A DNA stretch of 64,000 bases, taken from positions 57,414-121,413 of the forward strand of contig CAWFQL010000003.1 of assembly GCA_963817915.1 (NCBI GenBank). Direction: 5' to 3'. Positions 9,412 through 18,261 of the stretch are shown here, piece by piece; positions within the stretch are counted from its first letter, which is position 1; each line of letters opens with the position of its first letter. The stretch is from an uncultured candidate division Zixibacteria bacterium. Lineage in GTDB: Bacteria; Zixibacteria; MSB-5A5; UBA10806. Both the position numbers and the translations under genes were made by a program. The notes beneath the pieces are model-generated. The model was given only the letters and a program-made list of their open reading frames with translations, ran no database searches and was not told where the DNA came from.

Positions 9412-10278
9412 TTATTCGACTCGGGCAATCACCGAAATTTTATTTCCCGTAACCATATCTTCCGCGGCAATATCCGTGCGGCCTTCGGTCCCGATCGTAA
9501 TCTCAACTCGATATGGAATCGATTTTTTGTCAAAAGCTATCGGGATAACTCTTCTCAGCTTCCGATATACAGCCAGATCTACCTGATTGCTGCCCATCTC
9601 ATTATTGTCCGAATCGAATAATCGTATTTTGAGGACTCCGATATAGGAAACATTGCCTCTGTTGAGCATATCGGTTGTCACCCATACTTTGCCGTTCGCA
9701 AGCTGGGCTAAGGCCTTGACAAGTTGAATTTCCGAATTGAGATTTCCTTTTCGATATTTGAGCATAATCGCCGTCTGGGTGACCAGGCTAAGCTTCGTTG
9801 AAATCTGCCCGTTTTCATTTGCGGCGGGCTCTCCGGATTTGGCTTCTTGTGAACGAATAACAATTCTTGCCCAGTATTCGCCTTCAGTCAAATCCGAAGG
9901 AGGGGTTGCTATGATCCTGATGACCTGCGAACCGCTGGGGGGCAGCACGATCTTTCTTGGGAACGCTTTTACCCATCCCATTGCTGAACGCTCGTCGGTA
10001 ACATTGGAATCCTGCAATGTCATAGTGACATTGCCGAGACTATCGGATTCCGGCAGCCCAAAACCGAAAAAGATCGTCACCTCTGCCGCGGTGGCCGATG
10101 GGTTCTGCAATGTCAAACGACCCGTGCGGCTTTTCTCGGACAAAATTACGACTGTCGGCGCAACCAGCACTCCGGCCATCAAATTGACAGCCAACGATAG
10201 TTCAATAATCAAAATGCTTATAAAGACAAATCTTTTGCCGCCGCGCTTGAGCTCGCCGCTTGTTTTCATTTTTCTCAT
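9412..10278 (-). CDS. PapD-like periplasmic pilus chaperone
   Basis: 288 aa with a signal/anchor sequence. N-terminal sequence (APTVVILSEKSRTGRLTLQNPSATAAEVTIFF, PRKIVLPPSGSQVIRIIAT) fits the conserved chaperone beta-strands (…RVIY…; …ivtPPlfrl.pg..q.lRi…). Sits between the pilins and the usher. Confidence 0.55.
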   Translation of the reverse strand: MRKMKTSGELKRGGKRFVFISILIIELSLAVNLMAGVLVAPTVVILSEKSRTGRLTLQNPSATAAEVTIFFGFGLPESDSLGNVTMTLQDSNVTDERSAMGWVKAFPRKIVLPPSGSQVIRIIATPPSDLTEGEYWARIVIRSQEAKSGEPAANENGQISTKLSLVTQTAIMLKYRKGNLNSEIQLVKALAQLANGKVWVTTDMLNRGNVSYIGVLKIRLFDSDNNEMGSNQVDLAVYRKLRRVIPIAFDKKSIPYRVEITIGTEGRTDIAAEDMVTGNKISVIARVE

Positions 10279-10326
10279 TTTATCGCTCCGTTATTTCGCT
10301 ATGAATTAGCCGATTATTATCAAATC

Positions 10327-10929
10327 CTAAAGACCATTGTATGAGACTATAAGCACGATATTGCCGGAGTAACTTCCAGCCTTCTGATTAGCGGATGGAA
10401 TCACCTTGCCTCCGAGATATACCTTCGTATTGCTGCCGGTGCTTCCGATTACCGCTCCAGCCGGTAGATTGAATGGATTCTGATCGATCCAGCCATCGGC
10501 ACCTATCATCGTCGAAGGCGTCGCGGTATTCGATGTATCCACCGCCGCGCTTGTGATCCCGAATGCTATCGTCATTCGATCCGACCCGTCGGCCAACGAT
10601 AGATATTCGGGCAGTACCAGTTGCAAATTCACTCCCGATCCCGCCTGGCCAGCTACAGTGAAAATAGCCGTGGAATCGTCATCATTTCTGCCGACAGTTT
10701 TGGGAATTCCCTGGAATATATTGCCAAAATCCAATGCCTGTGTCGCCGTTACCGTAAGAGCCGCCTGCACTGTCGCGGTGGCCTGCCCAGTCGCCACATC
10801 CTGAGCTAAAGCGGCCACTGTGCTCACTAATATCGAAGCCAGAACAAATGCAAATAACCCTGCTAATCGCTGTTTTCGATTAACGCCAATAACTGATAAA
10901 TTTTTCATAGATCTTTTCACTGCTTTCAC
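10327..10929 (-). CDS. SCPU-domain (Csu-type, sigma/archaic chaperone-usher) pilin paralog 5 of 5
   Basis: 200 aa with signal peptide. Conserved blocks shared by all five paralogs: A.LDFG.IFQGIPK, LPEYL.L.DGSDR, NPF..PAG, YLGGKV.PS.NQKAG.YSG.IVL.VSYN. The LNFG-like and C-terminal G.Y.g.ivLtV.Y motifs are hallmarks of the spore-coat-protein-U/CsuA/B fold. Confidence 0.6.
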   Translation of the reverse strand: MKAVKRSMKNLSVIGVNRKQRLAGLFAFVLASILVSTVAALAQDVATGQATATVQAALTVTATQALDFGNIFQGIPKTVGRNDDDSTAIFTVAGQAGSGVNLQLVLPEYLSLADGSDRMTIAFGITSAAVDTSNTATPSTMIGADGWIDQNPFNLPAGAVIGSTGSNTKVYLGGKVIPSANQKAGSYSGNIVLIVSYNGL

Positions 10930-10940
10930 ATTCCCAATTC

Positions 10941-11501
10941 TTAGCTGCCGTTGTATGAGATAGTCATGACTATATCGCCCGAATAATTTCCAGCCTTTTG
11001 ATTAATCGATGGATTTACTTTTCCTCCCAGATAGATATTGGTGCCCGCGGAGCCGATAACAGTGCCTGCCGGAGGGGCATAAGGGTTGGTATTTTGCCAG
11101 CCACGCGAGGCATTCATGGTTGTCGGATCCGCCGCGCCGGTCGTATCGATAGAGACGTCGGTTGCTCTGAAAGCAATTGGAAGCCTATCGCTGCCATCGG
11201 AGAGCGCCAGATATTCCGGAAGCTGTATAAGAATCTCAATACCCGATCCGCTTTGTCCCGTGATAGTAAAAATCGCCGCGTTGGCAGTATTGTTTGCAAT
11301 TGACTTAGGGATACCCTGGAAAACTTCGCCGAAATTCAATGCGCCGACCGCTGTTACCACGATATTCGATAAGACTGTAGCGTTGGCGTTACCGACCGCT
11401 ATTTCCTGTGAGTTGGCTGTTTTAATTGAAATGAACAACCCCAAAATCAGTACAATTTGTACGAGCGAAACCTGAGTAAATCCGGCGATTTTTTTAAACA
11501 T
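10941..11501 (-). CDS. SCPU-domain pilin paralog 4 of 5
   Basis: 186 aa with signal peptide. ~55% identical to the 10327-10929 paralog by eye (ALNFGEVFQGIPK, LPEYLALSDGSDR, GNYSGDIVMTISYNG). Confidence 0.6.
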   Translation of the reverse strand: MFKKIAGFTQVSLVQIVLILGLFISIKTANSQEIAVGNANATVLSNIVVTAVGALNFGEVFQGIPKSIANNTANAAIFTITGQSGSGIEILIQLPEYLALSDGSDRLPIAFRATDVSIDTTGAADPTTMNASRGWQNTNPYAPPAGTVIGSAGTNIYLGGKVNPSINQKAGNYSGDIVMTISYNGS

Positions 11502-11639
11502 CTCTTTAAAGCCAAAAACCTGTTAATAAATGAAACACTAAACCCTATCTTTTTATCGTCATCCTGTGCAAAAAATTAACAATCGGGGAAGTATTTTGGG
11601 GTAATTGTGAAAATAGGAAGACGCATAAAAAACCAAATA

Positions 11640-11676
11640 AAAAAAGAGAGGGAATTCAATTTCCCCTCTCTCTAAT
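11640..11676 (-). terminator. Intrinsic terminator inside the pilus operon, after the third pilin gene
   Basis: Minus-strand hairpin agagaggg-gaaattgaattc-cctctct followed by a TTTTTTaTTTggTTTTTT run. It starts ~15 nt downstream of the stop of CDS 11691-12260. Confidence 0.6.
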
Positions 11677-11690
11677 CTTTAATCTGTATT

Positions 11691-12260
11691 CTACTGATTA
11701 TTGTAAGCGACCATAAGGACTATTTCCGCGCCGTATGTGCCCGCGGTCTGATTGGTCGATGGCCATACTCTGCCGCCGAGATACACATGGGTACCCGCTG
11801 GACCGATGACGGAAGAAGCCGCCGGAATAGCATATGGATTTTGGTCAACAAATCCATCGCCAGCCACCATCGCTTCAGGTGTTGCCGGGGTGAGTGTATC
11901 GACTGCGGCGTCGGTAGCCGTAAATGAAATCGGCATACGGTCATGACCATTAGCGAGAACAATGTATTCCGGAAGAATAAATTGAAGATTGATACCTGCC
12001 TGCTGTCCGGCGATATCAAATATAGCCGCGGAATCAGCGCCAGCGCCCGATGACGGAATGCTTTTGGGGACACCCTGCCACAATGTTCCAAAGTCCAATG
12101 GAGCTGTTGCTGTAACCACTATCAATGGAACTACTGTTCCTGTTGCTGTTCCGGTGGCAACATCCTGAGCGAATGTTACACCGGATGAAATCGCCAGTAT
12201 TAATCCAACAAGGATTAATATCATCCCTGATTTCCGGAAACTTTCTTGTCTCAATTTCAT
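11691..12260 (-). CDS. SCPU-domain pilin paralog 3 of 5. Candidate major subunit because the terminator follows it.
   Basis: 189 aa with signal peptide (MILILVGLILAISSGVTFA). Motifs PLDFGTLWQGVPK, LPEYIVLANGHDR, GTYGAEIVLMVAYNN. Confidence 0.6.
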   Translation of the reverse strand: MKLRQESFRKSGMILILVGLILAISSGVTFAQDVATGTATGTVVPLIVVTATAPLDFGTLWQGVPKSIPSSGAGADSAAIFDIAGQQAGINLQFILPEYIVLANGHDRMPISFTATDAAVDTLTPATPEAMVAGDGFVDQNPYAIPAASSVIGPAGTHVYLGGRVWPSTNQTAGTYGAEIVLMVAYNNQ

Positions 12261-12433
12261 CTCATCCTCCTGATGTATTTGTTTTTCATAATCATCATTC
12301 TTTAGTTTTTTTTGAAATTCCTATAGAGACAAATCGGCTATAAAGTTGCAGTTTTTATCAGAAGGGGATGAATTTTGATTTATTTACAAATAATATGATT
12401 CAGATGTGAACAGTCACGAACCCCGAATATTGG

Positions 12434-12970
12434 TCAATTACCGGTATAGGTTACTGTTAATACTATCAATGCTGAATAGTCCCCGGGTTTTTGGGCCAGC
12501 CCGGGCACAACTGTCCCCCCCAGCCAAAGGCTAAGTCCATTAGCGCCAAGCCGATAGATTATCGTATGCCAGGGATCGATATTGTTAACCGGAGGATTCG
12601 ATTGATTGGGGGTAGAACTCGAATCCAGCGCGCAATCGGTGGAAGAAAAAATCAACTGCATATTGCCGCCGGTCGTATGGAGATACGTAGGTAATGCGAA
12701 ATCCAACGTTATCTCAGCATTGGGGGTGCCGGTAATAAAAAATTCGGCAGCGTCTCCCGCCGATGTCTTGCTGATAGCCTTGGGTACGCCGGGAAATACC
12801 GGGCCGAAAACGAGATTGTTATTTATCGTTATTGTCTGCGCGTAAGAAATATCGGATGAACACAGAACAATAATCGCCAGGGCCGGAAACACCCAAAAGC
12901 CTTTGGATAATTGCCCCGCTTCAAATCTGATTTTGTCTCTCATCGCGTGTATTAATATTTTAAAAATCAC
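12434..12970 (-). CDS. SCPU-domain pilin paralog 2 of 5 (divergent)
   Basis: 178 aa. FGPVFPGVPK, ITLDFALPTYL, LWLGGTVVPGLAQKPGDYSALIVLTVTYTGN. Its C-terminal block is shared with the 13029-13565 paralog. Confidence 0.55.
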   Translation of the reverse strand: MIFKILIHAMRDKIRFEAGQLSKGFWVFPALAIIVLCSSDISYAQTITINNNLVFGPVFPGVPKAISKTSAGDAAEFFITGTPNAEITLDFALPTYLHTTGGNMQLIFSSTDCALDSSSTPNQSNPPVNNIDPWHTIIYRLGANGLSLWLGGTVVPGLAQKPGDYSALIVLTVTYTGN

Positions 12971-13028
12971 GCGTTGTCAAAGCATTAGGCGCCAATTCGG
13001 CGAAATCATTTCTGCCGGCTCAGTCTTT

Positions 13029-13565
13029 CTAATTGCCGGTATAAGTGACTGTCAAAATAATATCTCCCCGGTAACTGCCGCTTGTCTGCGAACGTCTCGG
13101 AAAAACAGTGCCGCCAATCCACACGGCCATGGTGCCGTCAGTCCCAAGATTTCTGACATTGATGCCGTGGGGATTGAGAATTCCCGCCGGAGTTAGCTGG
13201 CCGAGCCCGAGGCCATTTTCATAAGACGCATCGATGCTGTTAAAACCGATTCGCATGGCCGAAATGCCCCCGACCAGGTAGATTGAATCAGGCAATGAAA
13301 AATCGAGTATAATTTCAGCCGCTGAACTGCCTGTTATCTGCCATTCGCCCGCGTAACCGATTGTGGTCTTATTGATCGTCTTATTAACGCCGGGCATGAC
13401 ATACTCGAAATTCAGATTATTGGTGCCGATTACTGACATGCTCGGTAATACTACCGCTATCGCCTGTACGCTGGCGGTCTCCTGGGCACTTGTAATCATT
13501 GGAGACACTACCGCTACCAGGCAGATCATGCCAACAAGCCATGATGACCAGTTTCTGCAAGACAT
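13029..13565 (-). CDS. SCPU-domain pilin paralog 1 of 5 (first gene of the operon)
   Basis: 178 aa with signal peptide. IILDFSLPDSIYL, VWIGGTVFPRRSQTSGSYRGDIILTVTYTGN. Confidence 0.55.
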   Translation of the reverse strand: MSCRNWSSWLVGMICLVAVVSPMITSAQETASVQAIAVVLPSMSVIGTNNLNFEYVMPGVNKTINKTTIGYAGEWQITGSSAAEIILDFSLPDSIYLVGGISAMRIGFNSIDASYENGLGLGQLTPAGILNPHGINVRNLGTDGTMAVWIGGTVFPRRSQTSGSYRGDIILTVTYTGN

Positions 13566-13738
13566 AAACCCCTCCTTGCTTAAGCCTATGAAGTTTTCGT
13601 TTCACATAGGGAAAAAGCAAGAAGGATGCCAGACGTTATGCCTGCATATCTTTAAGTTGTTTAACGGGTTACGGGCGGCTGTTCGAAGGTGCTTTAGGCC
13701 AAGTATGGGGTTATCCCCATACCTCTATAACTTAACCC

Positions 13739-14896
13739 TCAATCGAAACTTAGCTTGATATTTACTATCTCAGGACGATTACCAATTCTGACCGGCGGGC
13801 CCCAGGTGCCTACTCCGCACGACACATAGAAATTCGTACTTCCCTTGAGCCAGTAGCCCCAGCTGATTTCGTAAACTTTTTCGGTGATATAGTTCAATGG
13901 CCAAATCTGCCCGTGATGAGTATGGCCGGATATCTGAAGATCAACACCATTATCCGATACTTCCTGCAAATTAAACGGCTGATGATCAAGCATGATTATC
14001 GGATAATTTTTGTCAACCTGATCCATAAGCTCTTGAATCTTTTTTCGTTGGATTCCGGAAAATCCCCCCTTGGAACGATCCTCTCTGCCCACGAGATAGA
14101 AAAGATTATCTACCATCGCCACGCTATCCCGAAGCATAGTAATGCCATGATCCGAAAGATACTTGCAGGCTTTTTCAGCGCCTCCAATATACTCATGATT
14201 GCCAGTTATGGCATAAACTCCAAGCGGCGCTTTGATCTGCTTCAATGCCTCTCCGATATTCTCCCTGATAACCGGCCCCAGGTCCTCATCGACAATATCA
14301 CCGGGCAGAAAAACTATATCGGGCTTGAGATCATTGATCATTTTTATATAGCGATCGACTCTCTTCTTGCCAATAATCGCCCCGATATGAATATCCGACG
14401 CGCTGACTATATTCAATGTCCTTGGCCCATCGACCTTCTTGGCGATATGCAAAGTTAGAGTCTTTACCCTCGGGAATGTGGCATTCAGATGGCCAATTGC
14501 CAGCAGCAGTGTTACCAGCGATAACGCGCCGATTGCGATGACCAATTTTGTTTTAGCATAATCCGCCTTTATGACCGACGGATAATACGGGACAAAATGA
14601 TTCACAAGCCGGGCCAAATCGAGAAGAACTACAGTCAAAAAGAAATACAGCAACGCCGCCAGCCAGAATGACCCGATCCAAACAAAAATATCGCTGACAG
14701 GGGAAAGCCACACTCGTTCGAGAACTCTACCCCCGATAAATGACAATGAGACTATGAGAAACAAAACAATATAGTATGGCTTCAATGTCGAACCGTTCGG
14801 CAACGCCTGCCATCCACGGATAAAAATATAAAAATTAATCAGCCCATAGAGCGCAAAAAAAATCGTGAAGAATACAATTATAGCCGATATTTTCAT
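13739..14896 (-). CDS. Membrane-anchored metallophosphoesterase (calcineurin-like)
   Basis: 385 aa. N-terminal ~5 TM helices, then a phosphoesterase domain with the canonical motifs SDIHIG, GDIVDED, GNHEY and GHTHHGQ. Confidence 0.75.
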   Translation of the reverse strand: MKISAIIVFFTIFFALYGLINFYIFIRGWQALPNGSTLKPYYIVLFLIVSLSFIGGRVLERVWLSPVSDIFVWIGSFWLAALLYFFLTVVLLDLARLVNHFVPYYPSVIKADYAKTKLVIAIGALSLVTLLLAIGHLNATFPRVKTLTLHIAKKVDGPRTLNIVSASDIHIGAIIGKKRVDRYIKMINDLKPDIVFLPGDIVDEDLGPVIRENIGEALKQIKAPLGVYAITGNHEYIGGAEKACKYLSDHGITMLRDSVAMVDNLFYLVGREDRSKGGFSGIQRKKIQELMDQVDKNYPIIMLDHQPFNLQEVSDNGVDLQISGHTHHGQIWPLNYITEKVYEISWGYWLKGSTNFYVSCGVGTWGPPVRIGNRPEIVNIKLSFD

Positions 14897-15157
14897 TTTA
14901 GTTATTCCGTTTCCACTTCATCTTTCCATTTATTACTTTCACACCTAAATACCAAATAACCCATATACGTAATTTAGTTGCAATGGTTCATAATGTCTAA
15001 TCTTATAAAGACGTTTTGTGGCATGCTTGCGTGAAATGCTAACTATCCCGTTGTGCCAGATCGTAGTCCGCCATAGACGAACGTGATCTGGCACCTAAGA
15101 AGCCTGTTTTCCCTGAAAAGGCTTGCTTAATCAGCGTCAAGATGATTAAAATCAAAT

Positions 15158-15670
15158 GTGGATAGGACTATTAGAAACGACAAGAAACATCCGAAAAGAT
15201 CAACAGTCTTTCTCGGGATAATCGGCCAGAAGAAAAGCGGCAAGACGACTCTGGTCGAAAAGCTCGCCTCCGAATTCAAATCACGAGGTCTGACAGTCGG
15301 GACAGTCAAATATTCCTCGCACGATTTGGAATTCGATTCCCCCGGCAAGGATACCGAACGCCACAGGCGGGCGGGTTCGTCCATATCGTTGATAAAGGCC
15401 TCGAAAAATTGCGCCATCTTCTCGGAATCCGAATATCTAACCCAGGAAATGATTACCGAAATATTCAAACCCTGCGATATCGTCTTTATCGAGGGTGATA
15501 CCAAATCCGAGAACCCCAAAATCTATGTTTCCGATGGCCAACCCGTGCGGTCCGGCATCGGCGGCGAGATTATCGCATTCTGGGGTGAAACAGGGCAAAA
15601 GGATAAGCCTTGGTTTGTTGATATCAAGTCAATGACAGATTTTATTTGCGATAATCTTTCAATAAAATAA
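15158..15670 (+). CDS. mobB: Molybdopterin-guanine dinucleotide biosynthesis protein MobB-like P-loop protein
   Basis: 170 aa. Walker A GIIGQKKSGKTTLVEKL. The length and layout are typical of MobB. Confidence 0.55.
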   Translation: MDRTIRNDKKHPKRSTVFLGIIGQKKSGKTTLVEKLASEFKSRGLTVGTVKYSSHDLEFDSPGKDTERHRRAGSSISLIKASKNCAIFSESEYLTQEMITEIFKPCDIVFIEGDTKSENPKIYVSDGQPVRSGIGGEIIAFWGETGQKDKPWFVDIKSMTDFICDNLSIK

Positions 15671-15698
15671 TTCTTCATAAATATGTGGAGGAGCAATA

Positions 15699-15869
15699 AT
15701 GGGCAAAGAACCTGAAATATCAGTTGAGCTTACAGTTAATGGCGAAAAGATTGAGATGAACGAATTCGTTCACAAGGTCACCGGCAACGTAATCAATGGT
15801 ATCCTAAAATCACTCCGTCTCGAAAAACCGCCTCAATCCGCTGTGATTACATTAAAATACAAATCTTAG
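15699..15869 (+). CDS. Small hypothetical protein (56 aa), not in the ORF track
   Basis: atg at 15699 preceded by the Shine-Dalgarno-like sequence tgtggaggag. Translation MGKEPEISVELTVNGEKIEMNEFVHKVTGNVINGILKSLRLEKPPQSAVITLKYKS. Follows mobB with a 28-nt gap. Confidence 0.3.
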   Translation: MGKEPEISVELTVNGEKIEMNEFVHKVTGNVINGILKSLRLEKPPQSAVITLKYKS

Positions 15870-15924
15870 ATCATTTGGCCATGCCTCAGGATTGGAGGTT
15901 TTTTTAGACATCCTGAGGCTTTAT

Positions 15925-16400
15925 TAAAGGTGAGGTCGGGTCGCCTGACCCGACCGACATTGAGTCTCACCTAGTGATGTCGAGTCGCAGTACCTGACCA
16001 GAATCTTCTCCCCGATTTTTGTCGATTATTCTATTTTAATTGAATATTAAAAGTGAGGTCGGGTCGCCTGACCCGACCGACATTGAGTCTCACCTAGTGA
16101 TGTCGAGTCGCAGTACCTGACCAGAATCTTCTCCCCGATTTTTGTCGATTATTCTATTTTAATTGAATATTAAAAGTGAGGCCGGGTCGCCTGACCCGAC
16201 CGACATTGAGTCTCACTTAGTGTCGTTGAATCGCAGAACCCGACTAGAATCTTCCCCCCCGATTTATGTCGATTTTTCTATTTTAATTGAATATTAAAAG
16301 TGAGGTCGGGTCGCCTGACCCGACCGACATTGAGTCTCACCTAGTGATGTCGAGTCGCAGTACCTGACCAGAATCTTCTCCCCGATTTTTGTCGATTATT
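15925..16400. repeat. Tandem array: 4 copies of a ~122-bp non-coding unit
   Basis: The unit is (a/g)gtgaggtcgggtcgcctgacccgaccgacattgagtctcacctagtgatgtcgagtcgcagtacctgaccagaatcttctccccgatttttgtcgattattctattttaattgaatattaaa. Copies begin at ~15928, 16052, 16173 and 16297. Copy 3 diverges (ggccggg, cacttagtgtcgttgaatcgcagaacccgactag, ccccccc). Each unit carries the 20-bp gtcgggtc-gcct-gacccgac palindrome. Confidence 0.85.
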
Positions 16401-16496
16401 CTATTTTAATTGAATATCCCAAATTAATATGCTAATATTGCCGGTCTTATAGAAGGTGGTGGGAAGGGGATTAAATCTTAAAAATAGGGGCCAGGC

Positions 16497-18017
16497 ATGA
16501 ATGCTCAAAAAAGAGAAAATTTATTAAATGAACTATATGGCTATATAAAAGAAGTCACTACTCTCGGCGGCTGCATCGCGCTGCTTGACTGGGACGAGCG
16601 AGTCTATATGCCGCACATGGGCTCCGAAAATCGCGGCAATCAGGTCGCGCTTTTAGCAGGGATCATCCACGATAAATTCACCTCGCCGCGGGTCGGTGAT
16701 ATTCTCAATGAGCTAATAGCCGATGGATTGGATATTAAAGAGGACACGGTTGATTCGGCCAATGTCCGCGAGTTGAAACGAGCCTACGATAAGCAGTTCA
16801 AAATCCCGAAATCATTGATCGAAGAAATAAGCCGTACCGCCACGAGGGCGCAGGGAGTTTGGCAGGACGCCCGTGAAAAATCGGATTTCGCCATGTTTCA
16901 GCCCTGGATGGAAAAAATGGTCGGCCTCAAACGGCAACAAGCCGAGGCGGTCGGATATGTTAAATATCCCTATAACGCTTTATTAGATGATTTCGAACAG
17001 GGAGCCTCCACCGATGATATCACCAAAGTATTCGCCGGTCTGCGCGACGAGCTTGTAGATCTCATTGCCAAAATAAAAAATTCCGGCAAATCACCCGATA
17101 CCTCGATAATCCTGCGAGATTATCCAGTCGAACGGCAGGCACATTTCGGCACTGAAGCTGCCAAGGCAATCGGCTACGATCTTGCCGCCGGACGAATCGA
17201 TATCACCGCCCATCCGTTCTGCACAACTATCGGCCCCGGCGATGTCAGAATCACGACCCGTTATAATCCCAATCATTTCCCGCAGGCATTTTTCGGTATC
17301 ATGCACGAAACCGGCCACGCCATGTACGACCAGGGCCTGCCAATCGAGCATCATGGCACCCCCTGCGGCGAAACAGTCTCGCTGGGAATTCATGAATCGC
17401 AATCGCGAATGTGGGAAAATCTCGTGGGACGAAGCCGGGCGTTCTGGAAACATTTCTACCCCAAGGCACAAGCGCTCTTCCCTGAAGCCCTGAAAAATAT
17501 TTCGCTCGATCAATTTTATTTCGCCATCAATGACGTCAGGCCATCGATGATCCGTATCGAGGCCGACGAGGCCACATATAATCTCCATATCCTGCTTCGA
17601 TTCGAAATGGAGACCGCGTTCTTCCACGACGAAATCAAAATCTCGGATGTCCCCGCCGCCTGGAATGAGAAATTCAAAAAGTATTTCGGTTTAGTCCCCA
17701 AGAATGACGCCGAGGGATGCCTGCAGGATGTTCACTGGTCCGCCGGCTTGATCGGATATTTCCCGACCTACACGCTTGGCAATCTTTATTCAGCTCAATT
17801 CTATGAAACAGCCCAAAAGAGCATCGGAAATCTGGATGATAAATTCGCAAGGGGCGATTTTAGCGATCTCTTGAAATGGTTGCGCGAGAATATCCATCAA
17901 CACGGCCAACGGTACCGTCCCGAGCAATTGGTGATGCGGGCCACCGGCAAGCCGCTTTCCCATCAGCCCTTGATGAATTACCTCAAGACCAAATTCGGCG
18001 AGCTCTACGGGATATAA
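16497..18017 (+). CDS. M32 carboxypeptidase (carboxypeptidase Taq family)
   Basis: 506 aa. HEXXH zinc motif HETGHAMYDQG and the IRIEADEATYNLHILLRFE segment diagnostic of M32. Confidence 0.8.
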   Translation: MNAQKRENLLNELYGYIKEVTTLGGCIALLDWDERVYMPHMGSENRGNQVALLAGIIHDKFTSPRVGDILNELIADGLDIKEDTVDSANVRELKRAYDKQFKIPKSLIEEISRTATRAQGVWQDAREKSDFAMFQPWMEKMVGLKRQQAEAVGYVKYPYNALLDDFEQGASTDDITKVFAGLRDELVDLIAKIKNSGKSPDTSIILRDYPVERQAHFGTEAAKAIGYDLAAGRIDITAHPFCTTIGPGDVRITTRYNPNHFPQAFFGIMHETGHAMYDQGLPIEHHGTPCGETVSLGIHESQSRMWENLVGRSRAFWKHFYPKAQALFPEALKNISLDQFYFAINDVRPSMIRIEADEATYNLHILLRFEMETAFFHDEIKISDVPAAWNEKFKKYFGLVPKNDAEGCLQDVHWSAGLIGYFPTYTLGNLYSAQFYETAQKSIGNLDDKFARGDFSDLLKWLRENIHQHGQRYRPEQLVMRATGKPLSHQPLMNYLKTKFGELYGI

Positions 18018-18034
18018 ATTTTGATTTTGTGTGG

Positions 18035-18255
18035 TCGGGTCGCCTGACCCGACCACAGCTTTGTCATTATCGTAGGGATTTGATTCATCAAACCCCAGAG
18101 CCTGTCATTCCGCACTCGATGCGGAATCTTGCGCGCTCCTAATTGTAGGGCGGAACTCCTGAGTTCCGCCTATTTGTAATCGGCCCAAAAAAGTCCGAAC
18201 CTCGGGGGTTCGGACCTACTAGCTTTTGTGAGGTCAGGTCGCCTGCGACCTGACG
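18035..18255. repeat. BIME-like cluster of about 6 palindromic units
   Basis: gtggtcgggtcgcctgacccgaccac. gtagggatttgattcatcaaacccc. cattccgcactcgatgcggaat. gtagggcggaactcctgagttccgcc. gtccgaacctcgggggttcggacctac. gtgaggtcaggtcgcctgcgacctgacgacc. Confidence 0.7.
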
Positions 18256-18261
18256 ACCGAT

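Noticed and set aside
15127-15519. 130-aa minus-strand ORF antisense to mobB
   Set aside because: It overlaps the P-loop gene, which has recognisable motifs. No motifs of its own and no ribosome-binding site.
15925-16400. Possible CRISPR array
   Set aside because: The whole ~122-bp unit, including what would be the spacer, is repeated almost identically four times. There are no unique spacers and no short 28-37-bp repeat periodicity.
17091-17627. 178-aa minus-strand ORF inside the M32 carboxypeptidase gene
   Set aside because: It is antisense to a gene with a clear HEXXH and family signature, so it is likely spurious.
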